From Anaerolineae bacterium (GTDB taxonomy: Bacteria > Chloroflexota > Anaerolineae > Promineifilales > Promineifilaceae), in assembly GCA_036985655.1 (NCBI GenBank), contig BTQB01000001.1, positions 1 through 44,464 on the forward strand: a stretch of DNA of 44,464 nucleotides. The letters run 5' to 3'. Position numbers and translations under genes: made by a program. This document shows positions 1 through 8,399 of the stretch, in pieces; within the stretch, counting starts at the first letter, position 1, and every line of letters begins with the position of its first letter. Below the pieces are notes generated by a model. The model searched no databases. It was not told where the DNA came from and saw nothing but the letters and a program-made list of their open reading frames with translations.

Positions 1-271
1 AAATGATTCTGGCTCTTCGCCTACTTGGGTCGCTCCACGGAAGCACCTGGTAGGTAACAAGATCGGGCACTAGGAACATATCTGCTTCATGGATTCGAGT
101 GAATCCCTCAATTGAAGATCCGTCAAACCAAACTCCGCGTTCAACGGCTTCTTTCAAATGCTTAACTGGGATAGAGACACTTTTTACAGTTCCCATAATG
201 TCTGTAAATTGAAGGCTGACAAAAACGATCTCATCGGCCTTTACTCTTTCAAGTAACTCTATAGCATCCAT
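1..271 (-). CDS. glnA: glutamine synthetase, N-terminal fragment (the gene runs off the left edge)
   Basis: Absent from the ORF track because it is open at the window edge. Reverse complement from the ATG at 271..269 reads MDAIELLERVKADEIVFVSLQFTDIMGTVKSVSIPVKHLKEAVERGVWFDGSSIEGFTRIHEADMFLVPDL... This matches the beta-grasp N-domain of type I glutamine synthetases (FTD..G, FDGSSI.GF, E.DM.L.PD). A GAGGAG Shine-Dalgarno sequence lies about 9 nt upstream. Confidence 0.8.
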   Translation of the reverse strand, partial: MDAIELLERVKADEIVFVSLQFTDIMGTVKSVSIPVKHLKEAVERGVWFDGSSIEGFTRIHEADMFLVPDLVTYQVLPWSDPSRRRARII

Positions 272-558
272 ATTAATAATCTCCTCGCTATTTAGAATCG
301 CAGATGGCTAAGTATAATAACATATAAGCTTGCCTTCTGGACGATGATTTCTTGATTACGATTTGTTCAAAGATGTTCTCAGCTATGTTTGAAGGATATT
401 TTTGTTCAGCAACAAGTTTATCACTTTTTGCATCGTCATGAACAGTAAAATAACAAGGTGATCTTAGGACAGAGGAGCGACCTTGCTCATCTCTTTGCAG
501 CGGGCGTTCACACTTCAATTAACCCGCACTCGACTTTTCGATTCATCTGGCCTATTTC

Positions 559-1530
559 CTAGGCCATTTCCCCATCGTTGCGGGAAGAGATCGGCAGCCT
601 TGATAGATCAACGTTGCCGCCGCTCAGCAATATGCCTATGTGCTTTCCAGACAAGCGGTAACTATTAGAGAGTAAGGGAGCTAGCGCTACCGCAGCACTC
701 GGTTCGACTACTATCTTGAGCCGCTGCATCAGGAACGCGAGTGCTTTCAAAATGGCTTCTTCATCAACTGTTGTCATATCATGGACCAACTTGCTCATGA
801 TGTTCAGATTTCGTTGGCCGATATGCAGGGGCCGGAGACCATCAGCCACTGTCTTAGGCACTTCAGTTAGGGTAACTATTTTACCAAGGCGCCATGACTG
901 GTTGGCATCGTCGGCGACGGCCGGTTCAACGCCAATAACCTGGCAAGAAGGGGAGGCGGTCGCAGCTGCTATGGCGCATCCGCTTATCAAGCCGCCTCCG
1001 CCCACTGGAACAAAGAGGGCATCCAGTTCTCCGACTTCTTGAAAAAGTTCCAAGGCGGCCGTCCCCTGGCCGGCGATGATACCCTTGTTGTCGTAGGGGT
1101 GAATCAAGGTAAATCCATGAACATCGATAAGATCATTGGTTACACTTTCTCTTTCGGCCGCCTGGCAGTGAACTATTTCTGCGCCGTAGGCGGATGTGGC
1201 AGCTTGTTTAATTTCTGGCGCATCGTATGGCATAACAACGACGGCCTTAACGCCACATAATTGGGAAGCTAAGGCAACGCCCTGAGCGTGATTTCCACTG
1301 GAGTGGGTAATAACGCCAGCTTCCTTTTCAGCCTTGTTTAGCTGGCTAATAGCATTGTATGCTCCCCGGAACTTAAAAGCCCCGGCCCGTTGGAAGTTTT
1401 CGCATTTTAAGTAGAGTTCCCTGCCTAATAAACCGTTTAGTGTTCGGGAGGTCAAGACAGGTGTCTTATTTACTACACCGCTTAGACGATTTGCAGCATC
1501 GATAAGTGATTTCGAATAATTCTCGATCAT
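559..1530 (-). CDS. PLP-dependent threonine/serine dehydratase (fold-type II, no ACT regulatory domain)
   Basis: 323-aa ORF. It has the PLP-lysine motif GAFKFRGAYN, SGNHAQGVALA and the glycine loop PVGGGGLISG. Its length and lack of a C-terminal regulatory domain suggest a catabolic dehydratase or serine-racemase-like enzyme rather than biosynthetic IlvA. Confidence 0.8.
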   Translation of the reverse strand: MIENYSKSLIDAANRLSGVVNKTPVLTSRTLNGLLGRELYLKCENFQRAGAFKFRGAYNAISQLNKAEKEAGVITHSSGNHAQGVALASQLCGVKAVVVMPYDAPEIKQAATSAYGAEIVHCQAAERESVTNDLIDVHGFTLIHPYDNKGIIAGQGTAALELFQEVGELDALFVPVGGGGLISGCAIAAATASPSCQVIGVEPAVADDANQSWRLGKIVTLTEVPKTVADGLRPLHIGQRNLNIMSKLVHDMTTVDEEAILKALAFLMQRLKIVVEPSAAVALAPLLSNSYRLSGKHIGILLSGGNVDLSRLPISSRNDGEMA

Positions 1531-1681
1531 AGGAAGTTACGCACGAGTCAGGAACTGCTTCAATCAACAATTTAGCTGAAACAGCGGATACACATACCAT
1601 CTGTACCATTGTTCAGGGGAGACAATCTAATTTGGGATTCTTGGCGTTGCGATGTAAATAAGGATGTACAAGGTCCACTTT

Positions 1682-2401
1682 TCAGGCTTTTTCTACCAGT
1701 ACAGTCGAGGCTACTTTCTGTCCGACAACCTTCTCCTTTCCATCGATAAGCACAGTTAATGGACCATCAAAGGGAGCCACATCAACAACTGTCACACGAG
1801 CACCAGGCAGGAGGCCAATATCAGCTAAATATCTCAAAAGATCACTGTTTTTATCATCGAGAACCCGAGCCAAGATTACTGTATGACCGATTTTAATTGT
1901 TGACAATCGCTGGCCGCGAATATCGACCATCAAGCCTTCCTTTGATGGAATCGGATCACCATGTGGATCGAACTCAGGAAAGTTCAAAGCGGCCGCCATT
2001 CTCTCCTCCATCTTTTCACTGATTACATGCTCAAGTAAATCAGCCTCTACATGCACTTCATCCCAGCTGAATCCTAGTGCTTCAATGAGGTATAGCTCTA
2101 CCAACCTGTGGTGCCTGATAACCTCTAGAGCAATTACCTGGCCAGATGGGGTTAGCGTAACGCCATAATGTTTTTTGTAGTTGACAAGATTTAATTTGTT
2201 GAGACGTTGGATCATGCTGGTGACAGAGCCAGGCTTTACGTTTCGAGCAGCGGAAATCCTGGACGTACTGACTGGGCTTTCCTCCCGCTCAAGCATATAG
2301 ATCGTCTTAAGATAATCTTCAATCGCTTGATGGTTTAAACCGTCCCTCTGCAGTGACGATCCTCGGTCTAGGGTGCTGATATCTGGAGTCATTAAAGTCA
2401 A
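1682..2401 (-). CDS. DtxR/MntR-family metal-dependent transcriptional regulator with a C-terminal FeoA/SH3-like domain
   Basis: 239-aa ORF. It has an N-terminal wHTH (IEDYLKTIY...VSTSRISAARNVKPGSVTSMIQRL), a dimerisation/metal-binding region (HHRLVELYL...EVH.EAD.LEH) and an FeoA-like C-terminus. The track start at 2401 is TTG. An in-frame ATG at 2392 is an equally plausible start. Confidence 0.85.
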   Translation of the reverse strand: MTLMTPDISTLDRGSSLQRDGLNHQAIEDYLKTIYMLEREESPVSTSRISAARNVKPGSVTSMIQRLNKLNLVNYKKHYGVTLTPSGQVIALEVIRHHRLVELYLIEALGFSWDEVHVEADLLEHVISEKMEERMAAALNFPEFDPHGDPIPSKEGLMVDIRGQRLSTIKIGHTVILARVLDDKNSDLLRYLADIGLLPGARVTVVDVAPFDGPLTVLIDGKEKVVGQKVASTVLVEKA

Positions 2402-2417
2402 CCCATCGCAGATAATT

Positions 2418-2433
2418 TTTAGGTATACCTAAA
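2418..2433. promoter_or_regulatory. perfect 16-bp palindrome TTTAGGTATACCTAAA, candidate DtxR-family operator (autoregulation)
   Basis: Read directly from the sequence. It lies 17-41 nt upstream of the two candidate starts of the DtxR-family gene. The half-sites TTAGGT/ACCTAA resemble the TTAGGTTAGCCTAACCTAA-type DtxR/IdeR box. Confidence 0.55.
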
Positions 2434-2813
2434 TTTAGCAAAGTGCGGAGACGCTGTCAAGCTGTTCCTACAGGGCCAATAGATCGATTGAGCAAAGCCT
2501 TTTCCACATATACTTTATCAAGTGGCAGTCCATCATGACCGTATATTTTTGTAATGGGAGATTAATCTATCTTTTCAACGCTGATCAATCAGCGGCGTTT
2601 AGCCACTTAGATTCCTGATTTAGTCTGCATAATCCAGAAGCCAAATTGCCATTCGCCAGGTAAAAATGTTTTACTGACCAACAACGATTACTCCCGCAAG
2701 GAATTCCCACCCAATGAATGAACTGTGCGCTTACGGCTATGATGTCGTTACTGCAACAATATGAAACTTTGCCTCCACTTAGTTCAGAGTATGTGTGGAG
2801 TACAATTTGAATC

Positions 2814-3389
2814 TTAGCTTGATAGGCGCCTACGAATCTCGAAGGCAGCACCGGCGGCAACAAGGCTTACCCCTGTTAACGCAGCTATCAATAAGGGAGG
2901 AGCGATCGAAGCCCCTGATTCTGGTAACACAACTGACCCACCACCAGAGCCTGATCCTTTGACGATACAAAAATCTACTCCGGTTGCATCTGGTTGTTCA
3001 GCGCTGATAAACACAACCTGCGGATTTTCGGAACTCACAGAAAAACCAGTTAGGGGGATGGCTGTAACAGTCCAGGTTCCGAGACCAACTGCTACTAAGC
3101 CATATGTCCCATCAGGTCCAGATTGTAAATGAACAGTAGAACCGCCGTCATCACTTACAAATTGGACATTTATCCCTCCGAGGGCTGGTTCACCAGTACC
3201 AACGCAGACGCCATCAGCATTTCTGTCCTCGTAGACAGTGCCACGAATCGACCCACGGACCTCAGTCTGAAACATAAGTGTGGCTGTCGAAGAGGAAGAC
3301 TGATTTGAATCATACGAAGCCGAGGCAACAGTTGATAATGTAAATATCAAGATGATAACAATCAAAAAAGATAAAGTGACTTTTTTCAT
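2814..3389 (-). CDS. secreted, sortase-anchored surface protein with an SdrD-B/Cna-B-like fold and an LPESG sorting signal
   Basis: 191 aa. It has an N-terminal signal peptide (MKKVTLSFLIVIILIFTLSTVASA) and an SdrD B-like motif GTVYEDRNADGVC..GEPALGGINVQ...DGTYGL. The C-terminus carries LPESG, a hydrophobic helix and RRR. GGAGG lies 7 nt upstream of the ATG. Confidence 0.75.
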   Translation of the reverse strand: MKKVTLSFLIVIILIFTLSTVASASYDSNQSSSSTATLMFQTEVRGSIRGTVYEDRNADGVCVGTGEPALGGINVQFVSDDGGSTVHLQSGPDGTYGLVAVGLGTWTVTAIPLTGFSVSSENPQVVFISAEQPDATGVDFCIVKGSGSGGGSVVLPESGASIAPPLLIAALTGVSLVAAGAAFEIRRRLSS

Positions 3390-3420
3390 TTAGTACCTCC
3401 TTAGGTAAACGTTATAACAA

Positions 3421-4236
3421 TTATCTATTTTGGGCAGGCCTGGCGACAACGATTATGCGGTTCTTGTTTGATGTGAACGGCCAACAGCTTACTAATGTAA
3501 TTCTCTCGTCACCTGAAGGACCAATCCATCGAGCATTGGCCATCCGAACCGAAGGTGGCTGTCCGTTTTCAGGGAGGACTTTCTTCTCAACGACGCGATA
3601 TTCGTGGATTGAATCGCTGTCATGCACGAATATCTCATCGCCCGGTTCGAGCTCAATCAAATCCTTAAAAACAGATCCATATATATTGTTGTGGCCATTT
3701 AGAACTGTATTTCCCGTATGTCCCAGGGCAGCGCTAGATTCATGCCAACCGACGGCATAACCATTGGGAACCTGCCACTGCAGGTAATCGTTACCTTCTT
3801 TGGTAACAGATTTAAGACCGACTCGCTCCACGGGCGCATCAACATCCAGAGCTGGAATCACCAGGCGAATTGGCTGCTCGGGTCCAGTCAGATCGAGATC
3901 CTTCGGTGCATCCACCAGGGATGCGAAGGATGGTAAATCCTGCTGGCTATTTTGAAGCTCTTCATCTGAGCCAGAGGCGTTGGGCACCGGAAATGATTCT
4001 GGAAGGATCGCCAGTGTGGGTAAGACTCGAATTTTCTTAGTTGCCACTGCCTCTGCTTGATAAAGATCCGGGATGTTTGCAGACTCATCGACTGGTGGGT
4101 CGTCAACCTTGGCGACTGTTGCTGGCACAATTACAAGAATCGCACCAACAGATAAAACGATGGCTAATCCTACAACCATTAAAACAATTCCAACAGGTAT
4201 CCGTCGGGTTCCATCATCTGGGTTTTGCTCTGGCAA
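3421..4236 (-). CDS. sortase-family transpeptidase (membrane-anchored, long Pro-rich linker)
   Basis: 271 aa with an N-terminal TM helix. Catalytic His context is GNTVLNGHNN, the Cys motif is ITLVSCWPF (TLxTC-type), and a conserved Arg follows in IIVVARP. The start codon is TTG, with GGAGG 9 nt upstream. It sits 31 nt upstream of the LPESG substrate gene. Confidence 0.8.
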   Translation of the reverse strand: MPEQNPDDGTRRIPVGIVLMVVGLAIVLSVGAILVIVPATVAKVDDPPVDESANIPDLYQAEAVATKKIRVLPTLAILPESFPVPNASGSDEELQNSQQDLPSFASLVDAPKDLDLTGPEQPIRLVIPALDVDAPVERVGLKSVTKEGNDYLQWQVPNGYAVGWHESSAALGHTGNTVLNGHNNIYGSVFKDLIELEPGDEIFVHDSDSIHEYRVVEKKVLPENGQPPSVRMANARWIGPSGDERITLVSCWPFTSNKNRIIVVARPAQNR

Positions 4237-4290
4237 TATTAAAGGCCTCCAAAAGATATAGCCTTAAGGCTAGTATAGATCAGATTTGAT

Positions 4291-5034
4291 TTAATAAAAT
4301 GCCTCTTTATAGAGATTTGGTAATATTTGACAGGATTTTCCTAGCAGCAAGAAGTCTGCTAATGTAGATATCGGCGTCAGCTCAAGATTGATCTCAACGA
4401 TTGCAGCACCCCATCTGCTTGCCTCAGGGATCAGGGAAGCCGCTGGATAAACTAACCCTGAAGTCCCGATAGAAAAAAAGATATCACAGTTGCGAGCTGC
4501 CACAAAGGCTGTCTCCAATTCTTCGACTGGCAGCTCTTCGCCAAACCAGACCACATCTAGCCTTAAGAATTGACCGCAAATAGGGCAGAGCGGCGGCTCT
4601 GGTCCATTTTCGGGCCAAACATCAAACCGGTGACCATCCCGCCAGCAGCGCGACCGGTTGATATTGCCATGGAGTTCAATTATGTTCTTTGAGCCAGCCC
4701 GCTGATGGAGACCGTCAACATTCTGGGTGATGAGAGTGAAGTTGTCAAAATTACTTTCGAAATCGACCAGGGTAAAGTGGCCTGGGTTGGGGGAAGCATT
4801 TTTAATGAGCTGCCGTCGCCATTTATACCAGGACCAGACTAACTCAGGATTCTCGAGAAACGCTCCAGGTGTTGCCAGCTGGAGGGGATCATACTTTTCC
4901 CAAAGGCCAGTCTGGGCATCTCGAAAGGTTGGAACACCACTATCTGCTGAAATTCCTGAGCCTGTTAACACTGCCATTGAATTGGCAGACCTAAGCAGGC
5001 TAATCAACTCACCTGAAATATCTATTGCATTCAA
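4291..5034 (-). CDS. cobB: NAD-dependent protein deacylase, Sir2 family
   Basis: 247 aa. Motifs present are GSGISADSGVPTFRD, QNVDGLHQRAG, the zinc ribbon C..C...CPICG, and SIGTSGLVYPAA. Confidence 0.85.
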   Translation of the reverse strand: MNAIDISGELISLLRSANSMAVLTGSGISADSGVPTFRDAQTGLWEKYDPLQLATPGAFLENPELVWSWYKWRRQLIKNASPNPGHFTLVDFESNFDNFTLITQNVDGLHQRAGSKNIIELHGNINRSRCWRDGHRFDVWPENGPEPPLCPICGQFLRLDVVWFGEELPVEELETAFVAARNCDIFFSIGTSGLVYPAASLIPEASRWGAAIVEINLELTPISTLADFLLLGKSCQILPNLYKEAFY

Positions 5035-5058
5035 AGGTTCCTTAGAAGGATATACCTC

Positions 5059-5432
5059 TTATCTGAGTAAGACGTAGGTGGCCAAGGTTAGATAGAAAAA
5101 TAGTACTATAGCGTCGACGACGGTATTTATCATCGGAGCCCTAACAACCGCCGATCTATTTTTAGGTGCTGGGAAATGATAGGCACTAATGTGGCTACCC
5201 CAGTCGACCAGGTAAGGATAAGGACGATAGTAAAGCCTAAGACCAGTGGAACCACAGGATCAGCACCCAGTAAAAAGCTCGAACAAAGACAAAAGCAGCG
5301 AGGGCTAAGCCGAGTATCAGATCTATAGCTACTTCCCTGGAAATTGTCCGGCCGATGTCCACTAATCTCCCATCCCCAATGGCAATGGCTCTGGTAATGG
5401 CTGCTACAGTTTGAGAGGTTGAATTACCTCCT
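5059..5432 (-). pseudogene. mgtE: remnant of an MgtE-type Mg2+ transporter (C-terminal membrane domain only, frameshifted)
   Basis: The ORF track lists no ORF of 60 aa or more here on either strand. Hand translation of the minus strand gives three pieces in three different frames. They are AGGNSTSQTVAAITRAIAIGDGRLVDIGRTISREVAIDLILGLALAAFVFVRAF, then LGADPVVPLVLGFTIVLILTWSTGVATLVPIISQHLKID, then AVVRAPMINTVVDAIVLFFYLTLATYVLLR*. Together they follow the MgtE TM-domain pattern GGN.G.Q...RA...GE ... P....K.GIDPAV.S.P.ITT..D..G...YF..A. A TGA stop lies immediately 5' of the GGN motif, and no CBS or N-domain coding is visible upstream. Confidence 0.6.
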
Positions 5433-5592
5433 GCAGCTCATATTTCGGTGCGATGCTCTTATCCTCCACGCTCTTGGAACCCCGTACCTGGCGGTAAATT
5501 AAGCAGGAAAATCATTATTCAGAACACTTAACATAATCACCGCTCAACAGTCAAGAAAGAGTGATAAACATCACCGCCAGAAGGCTGGCAAC

Positions 5593-5621
5593 TTGTATTC
5601 AGCGATCCTGTATCATATTAT
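5593..5621 (+). promoter_or_regulatory. candidate sigma70-type promoter for the MscS-family gene
   Basis: TTGTAT (5593-5598), a 17-nt spacer, then TATTAT (5616-5621), about 100 nt upstream of the ATG at 5725. Pattern match only. Confidence 0.3.
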
Positions 5622-5724
5622 ACTGTTCTACAAAAGCGTTGAAACGCCTCAACTCGGAGAAAGCACGAAGTAAAAAAAGAGATCCTTCTGTTGAAAAGTG
5701 CTGTGAAAATTTGGAGGGCGGAAC

Positions 5725-6831
5725 ATGTTTGAAGATTTAACCACCGTTTCTATTGCCGTGGGCATCATTTTTGGTGCGATTATTTTGAGTTGGGTGATTG
5801 GAATCGCAATTAAACAACTGGATAAGCGTTATTTCGCCAAAACAGCAACCGAGCTTGATAACGTTCTAATCGGTTCAATCCAATTCCCTCTGCGGATAGC
5901 GATCATTGTTTTGGGTATCCAGATCGCAATCGAGCAGATAGAAAAATTACAAGAAATCTTGTTACCTTCTATCGATGGAATCTTCTTCGTTATTTATTTA
6001 TTCCTGGTGTATGTTGCTTTTTACCGGCTCATTGGCGGGTTGTCGGATTGGTATGCTGCGGAAGTTGTTGAAAAAACCGAAACTGAACTTGATGATAAAT
6101 TTTTATCCTTCTTCAGAGCCCTGGCTTATTCAATCCTGACAGTTATCGTGATTGTCATCCTTTTGGGTAATTTTGGAATTGAACTCAGCGCCCTGGTGAC
6201 AACGCTAGGTATCGGCACACTGGCTGTTGCCCTTGCCGCTCAAGAGACCTTAAGTGATTTCATCAGCGGATTCATGATTATGCTCGATCAGCCATTCTCA
6301 GTTGGCGATAGGGTAGAGCTGCTAGATATCGATACTTGGGGTGATGTTACTGAAATTGGATTGCGAAGCACCCGGATCCTTACTCGGGATAATAGATTAG
6401 TTTCTGTACCCAACTCCGTAATAGGAAAAGGATTGGTGGTAAACTACTCAGATCCGAATACAGTTTACCGGGTACAAACCCACGTCGGTGTAGCTTATGG
6501 ATCTGATATCGATCAAGCAAGACAGGTAATGGTCCAGGCGATAATGGCAGAAGAGTGGGTAATGCATGAAAAGCCGGTTGAAGCGCTCATGTTAGAGTTT
6601 GGTGATTCAGCGATGATTTTTCGCGTTCGATGTTGGATTGAAGATTACATCGAAACAAGAAGGGTACTCGATAAGATGAATACCGCCCTTTACAAAGCTT
6701 TAAACAAAGCTGAGATCGAAATACCCATGCCCCAGCGGGTGGTTCAGCTCAGTCGAAACACTTTGGTGCCTGAGCAGGCGGATCACTCCAGGCTTTCAGG
6801 TAAAGGGCAATCTGAACTTACTAGTAAATGA
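5725..6831 (+). CDS. mechanosensitive ion channel, MscS family
   Basis: 368 aa with several N-terminal TM helices. It has the pore helix and beta-domain signature TLGIGTLAVALAAQETLSDFISGFMIMLDQPFSVGDRVEL. GGAGGG lies 7 nt upstream of the ATG. Confidence 0.85.
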   Translation: MFEDLTTVSIAVGIIFGAIILSWVIGIAIKQLDKRYFAKTATELDNVLIGSIQFPLRIAIIVLGIQIAIEQIEKLQEILLPSIDGIFFVIYLFLVYVAFYRLIGGLSDWYAAEVVEKTETELDDKFLSFFRALAYSILTVIVIVILLGNFGIELSALVTTLGIGTLAVALAAQETLSDFISGFMIMLDQPFSVGDRVELLDIDTWGDVTEIGLRSTRILTRDNRLVSVPNSVIGKGLVVNYSDPNTVYRVQTHVGVAYGSDIDQARQVMVQAIMAEEWVMHEKPVEALMLEFGDSAMIFRVRCWIEDYIETRRVLDKMNTALYKALNKAEIEIPMPQRVVQLSRNTLVPEQADHSRLSGKGQSELTSK

Positions 6832-6928
6832 CCGAGGTAAAATACCGCTAATGCTGCCCTGGTAAAATATAGCGCTTTCTGCCGCAGGGCCCTTATATTT
6901 TTAAATTTATTCAGAGGATCAAATATTT

Positions 6929-7180
6929 TCAAGCTGGTGGAGGGACAGGGAGCTGCTCATCAGGTGTGTCCTTCCACTTCTCTCCCTCTTCGATAAGCAT
7001 CACCGGAATGCCTTCCCGAATCGGGTATTTTAATCCGGAGTCGTCACAAACAAGCCAGCAGTTATGAACTAACCTCAGGCGACCGGGGTCATCGCCATAC
7101 TTTTCTTTTTCCTGCACGGCTTGAGGGCAGCGAAGAATTTCCATTAATTCAGGGCTAATAGGTGGTGCTTCCTCATTCAT
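6929..7180 (-). CDS. Trm112/UPF0434-family small protein
   Basis: 83 aa. The pattern LMEILRCPQ ... LVCDDSGLKYPIREGIPVMLIEE matches the Trm112p-like signature (L.CP ... L.C ... YPI.DGIPVML). Confidence 0.7.
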   Translation of the reverse strand: MNEEAPPISPELMEILRCPQAVQEKEKYGDDPGRLRLVHNCWLVCDDSGLKYPIREGIPVMLIEEGEKWKDTPDEQLPVPPPA

Positions 7181-7221
7181 TGTCTATCCATCTCTTTCTA
7201 TGGGCTTTTGTCATTTAAATA

Positions 7222-8157
7222 TTACGATTGTTGTTTATCATTGACAAACTCGAAGCTGTTTAGCCGGGGAGAATAAACCAGCTTCGTGTTTTCACGTTGA
7301 ACATAGACAGGTTGGTAGAAATCTCCTCCCTTTAGCTCGGATGATAAGATTGCCAGGACATCTGCAACAGTAATGAGCCGGTAACCACTCTCAATTGAGC
7401 GCTCAAAGATCTGGTACGCCAAGCGCTGCACATCGGCCGGATGACCACGGGTCAATCGAAATATATAATCGCAGACGTAACCTGGTATGGTGTATTGATC
7501 CGGCATGTTAAGCAGTGCGGTGGTTTCATCTTTCGTCAGAAACTGGAGATGAATGCTTGAAGCTATCGTAAATGGATATATTGCTTCAGATGAATATAAT
7601 TCTGGCCTTCCCTGCAGGCCGAAGAGCATTTCGACATTATCGTAATCTCGAATCAAAGACCACAGAAATTCTCTTTTTCTTTTCAGGTCCTGTCCTATAT
7701 TCATTTCACTGGTTAATAACTCCATGTTGTCGATAACCAGTAAAAATTTCCGGATTTCTTCAGATTGCTTGAGAGGCTCCCAATATTCCTTTATAAAGAC
7801 TCTTTCTGGCTGCAGCACAAACCTGGGTTTTTCGGCGCTTGGATGGAAGAGAGATTGCGCAGATAGCGATCTGTTGAATGATTTAATCAGTCTCCAGGTC
7901 GATTCACCACTGTTAACTCGATTCAAATCTCGTGCATCGATCTGAATTATAGTGAAATCGTTGAGTGATGTTAATAAGGTCAGATTATGTAAAATCGACG
8001 TTTTGCCACTCCCCGGGGACCCACTGACTACGAATGCCTGATTCCGGGCAGCACCCCCCAAGATCTGGTCTATCCAGCGAAATATCGAACCTCTTCCCAG
8101 AAGAAATTTTGGATTTTCTACCGGCCTATTGAATACAAATGGATTTGTTTCGGTCAT
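7222..8157 (-). CDS. P-loop ATPase (AAA/'archaeal ATPase'-like, function unknown)
   Basis: The track ORF is 7222..8250 with a TTG start. I prefer the in-frame ATG at 8157 because the protein then begins MTETNPFVFNRPV, the usual N-terminal NPF..G.PV motif of this ATPase class. Walker A is GSPGSGKTS and Walker B-like is FLLVIDNMELL. The C-terminal part is helical and possibly wHTH. It lies 41 nt upstream of the Trm112-like gene on the same strand. Confidence 0.65.
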   Translation of the reverse strand: MTETNPFVFNRPVENPKFLLGRGSIFRWIDQILGGAARNQAFVVSGSPGSGKTSILHNLTLLTSLNDFTIIQIDARDLNRVNSGESTWRLIKSFNRSLSAQSLFHPSAEKPRFVLQPERVFIKEYWEPLKQSEEIRKFLLVIDNMELLTSEMNIGQDLKRKREFLWSLIRDYDNVEMLFGLQGRPELYSSEAIYPFTIASSIHLQFLTKDETTALLNMPDQYTIPGYVCDYIFRLTRGHPADVQRLAYQIFERSIESGYRLITVADVLAILSSELKGGDFYQPVYVQRENTKLVYSPRLNSFEFVNDKQQS

Positions 8158-8288
8158 TTGCTTGACAATCTGTTTCCATCCAACAAAGTACAGCACCCTC
8201 CATTTTAACTTGAAACTTAACTTTTTGGGTAATAAGCCTACGGGGCTCAACTTAGTGAGGTCGTTAAAGTGGTCTAATTGTAGATATT

Positions 8289-8399
8289 TCAGGCGACCCC
8301 ATGAGGTTGGGTGTTATTATATGACGATTGGCTAAATAATTTTCCAGTGTGATTCTTAATCGTATTGGTTATCGGATTGAATTTCTCTCTATGTTCCAT
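8289..8399 (-). CDS. hypothetical 36-aa small ORF (MEHREKFNPITNTIKNHTGKLFSQSSYNNTQPHGVA)
   Basis: Found by hand and too short for the ORF track. The ATG at 8399..8397 is preceded by GGAGG with a 6-nt spacer. It ends 38 nt upstream of the longest possible ATPase start. No family was recognised, and the Shine-Dalgarno sequence is the only support. Confidence 0.2.
   Translation of the reverse strand: MEHREKFNPITNTIKNHTGKLFSQSSYNNTQPHGVA

Noticed and set aside
288-518. 76-aa minus-strand ORF between glnA and the dehydratase gene
   Set aside because: It has no Shine-Dalgarno sequence and no recognisable family. It fills the 287-nt glnA upstream region, which is more plausibly promoter/leader. 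I also looked for a glutamine-riboswitch-like motif and did not recognise one.
549-565. Hairpin GGCCTA-tttcc-TAGGCC spanning the dehydratase stop codon
   Set aside because: The 6-bp stem is real, but no U-tract follows on the coding (minus) strand. That is too little to call a terminator.
2585-2863. 92-aa Cys-rich minus-strand ORF downstream of the LPESG protein gene
   Set aside because: Its only Met start overlaps the 3' end of the upstream gene by 50 nt. It has no Shine-Dalgarno sequence and no family resemblance. I treat it as non-coding unless conservation shows otherwise.
5488-5580. 8-bp long-range complement CTGGCGGT / ACCGCCAG in the gap before the MscS gene
   Set aside because: It is a single 8-mer pairing across 77 nt with no nested support. 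That is roughly what chance would give in a 290-nt region.
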